Shown here in pieces: positions 63,504 through 64,000 of a DNA stretch of 64,000 bases. The stretch is from assembly GCF_049075655.1 (NCBI RefSeq), contig NZ_CP157522.1, positions 1,024,001 to 1,088,000 of the forward strand, in the 5' to 3' direction. The notes under the pieces were generated by a model. The model was not told where the DNA came from, ran no database searches, and was given only the letters and a program-made list of their open reading frames with translations. Numbering within the stretch: the first letter of the stretch is position 1; the number at the start of each line of letters is the position of its first letter. Position numbers and translations under genes: made by a program. The stretch is from Methanothermococcus sp. Ax23. Its GTDB lineage: Archaea; AGJL01; Methanococci; Methanococcales; Methanococcaceae.

Positions 63504-64000
63504 ATGATTAAGGACAAAATGCTAAAAGCTTTAAACGAACAGATAAATAAAGAGCTCTTTTCGGCATATCTCTACTTATCCATGTCTGCTTATGCCGAAT
63601 CCATAGGATTAAAAGGATTTGCTCAGTGGCTCAAAGTTCAATATCAAGAGGAGCTCGACCACGCCATGAAATTCTATACTTATGTGATAGAACGGGGAGG
63701 AAAAGTAGAATTGGAGTCCATCGATAAGCCAAAAAATGAATGGTCATCAATATTAGAAGTTTTTGAAGACGGATACGAGCATGAGCAGTTTATATCAGAA
63801 TCCATCAATAATCTAATGGATTTAGCAGTTTCTGAAAAGGATTATGCTACAATGAATATGCTTCAATGGTTCATAAATGAGCAGGTTGAGGAGGAATCTT
63901 CATTCTTGGAAATTGTGGATAAATTAAAGCTATTGGATGGAGACAAAAGAGGCTTATTCATGCTCGACAAAGATTTGGGTCAAAGAACCTATGTTCCATT
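63504..64000 (+). CDS. Ferritin (3'-truncated by the window edge)
   Basis: Manual translation MIKDKMLKALNEQINKELFSAYLYLSM...QEELDHAMKF...HEQ...LQWFINEQVEEE. Confidence 0.93.
   Translation, partial: MIKDKMLKALNEQINKELFSAYLYLSMSAYAESIGLKGFAQWLKVQYQEELDHAMKFYTYVIERGGKVELESIDKPKNEWSSILEVFEDGYEHEQFISESINNLMDLAVSEKDYATMNMLQWFINEQVEEESSFLEIVDKLKLLDGDKRGLFMLDKDLGQRTYVP

Overview
AT-rich (~30% GC by eye) archaeal chromosome segment from a diazotrophic Methanococcales methanogen (Methanothermococcus/Methanococcus-like; inferred from methanogenesis markers 6 and 17, Fae-Hps, MptH and nifI1/I2). It carries pstSCAB-phoU, tetraether synthase, nifB, a nifHI1I2DK-orf-fdx-EN-orf operon with two NrpR operators, ribosome-biogenesis, polyamine and translation housekeeping genes, an uncharacterised TIM-barrel/PP-loop/phosphomutase/Zn-phospholipase/ABC cluster and an oxidative-stress cluster (CMD, SOR, rubredoxin, thioredoxin, ferritin). 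No rRNA, tRNA or CRISPR array was seen. The most unusual features are non-coding. (1) A layered mobilome: one tnpB element, four protein-free IS200/IS605 cassettes that keep ends and an omegaRNA-like scaffold (two of which replace the stop codons of nifE and rnhB), and a family of ~47-50 bp double-hairpin micro-elements. These micro-elements insert into genes (frameshifting tnpB, in-frame in pantoate kinase), into UTRs and into the hairpins of other elements, and build a small repeat-spacer array in front of rubredoxin. (2) A strong, HIP1-like over-representation of the palindrome GAGCTC. Also noted: a HypC-like protein ending the nif operon, paired palindromes upstream of tes, an (AT)6 frameshift in a pentapeptide-repeat membrane protein, and two IS elements with slippery A8 tracts. 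All calls come from reading the sequence; no database searches were run.
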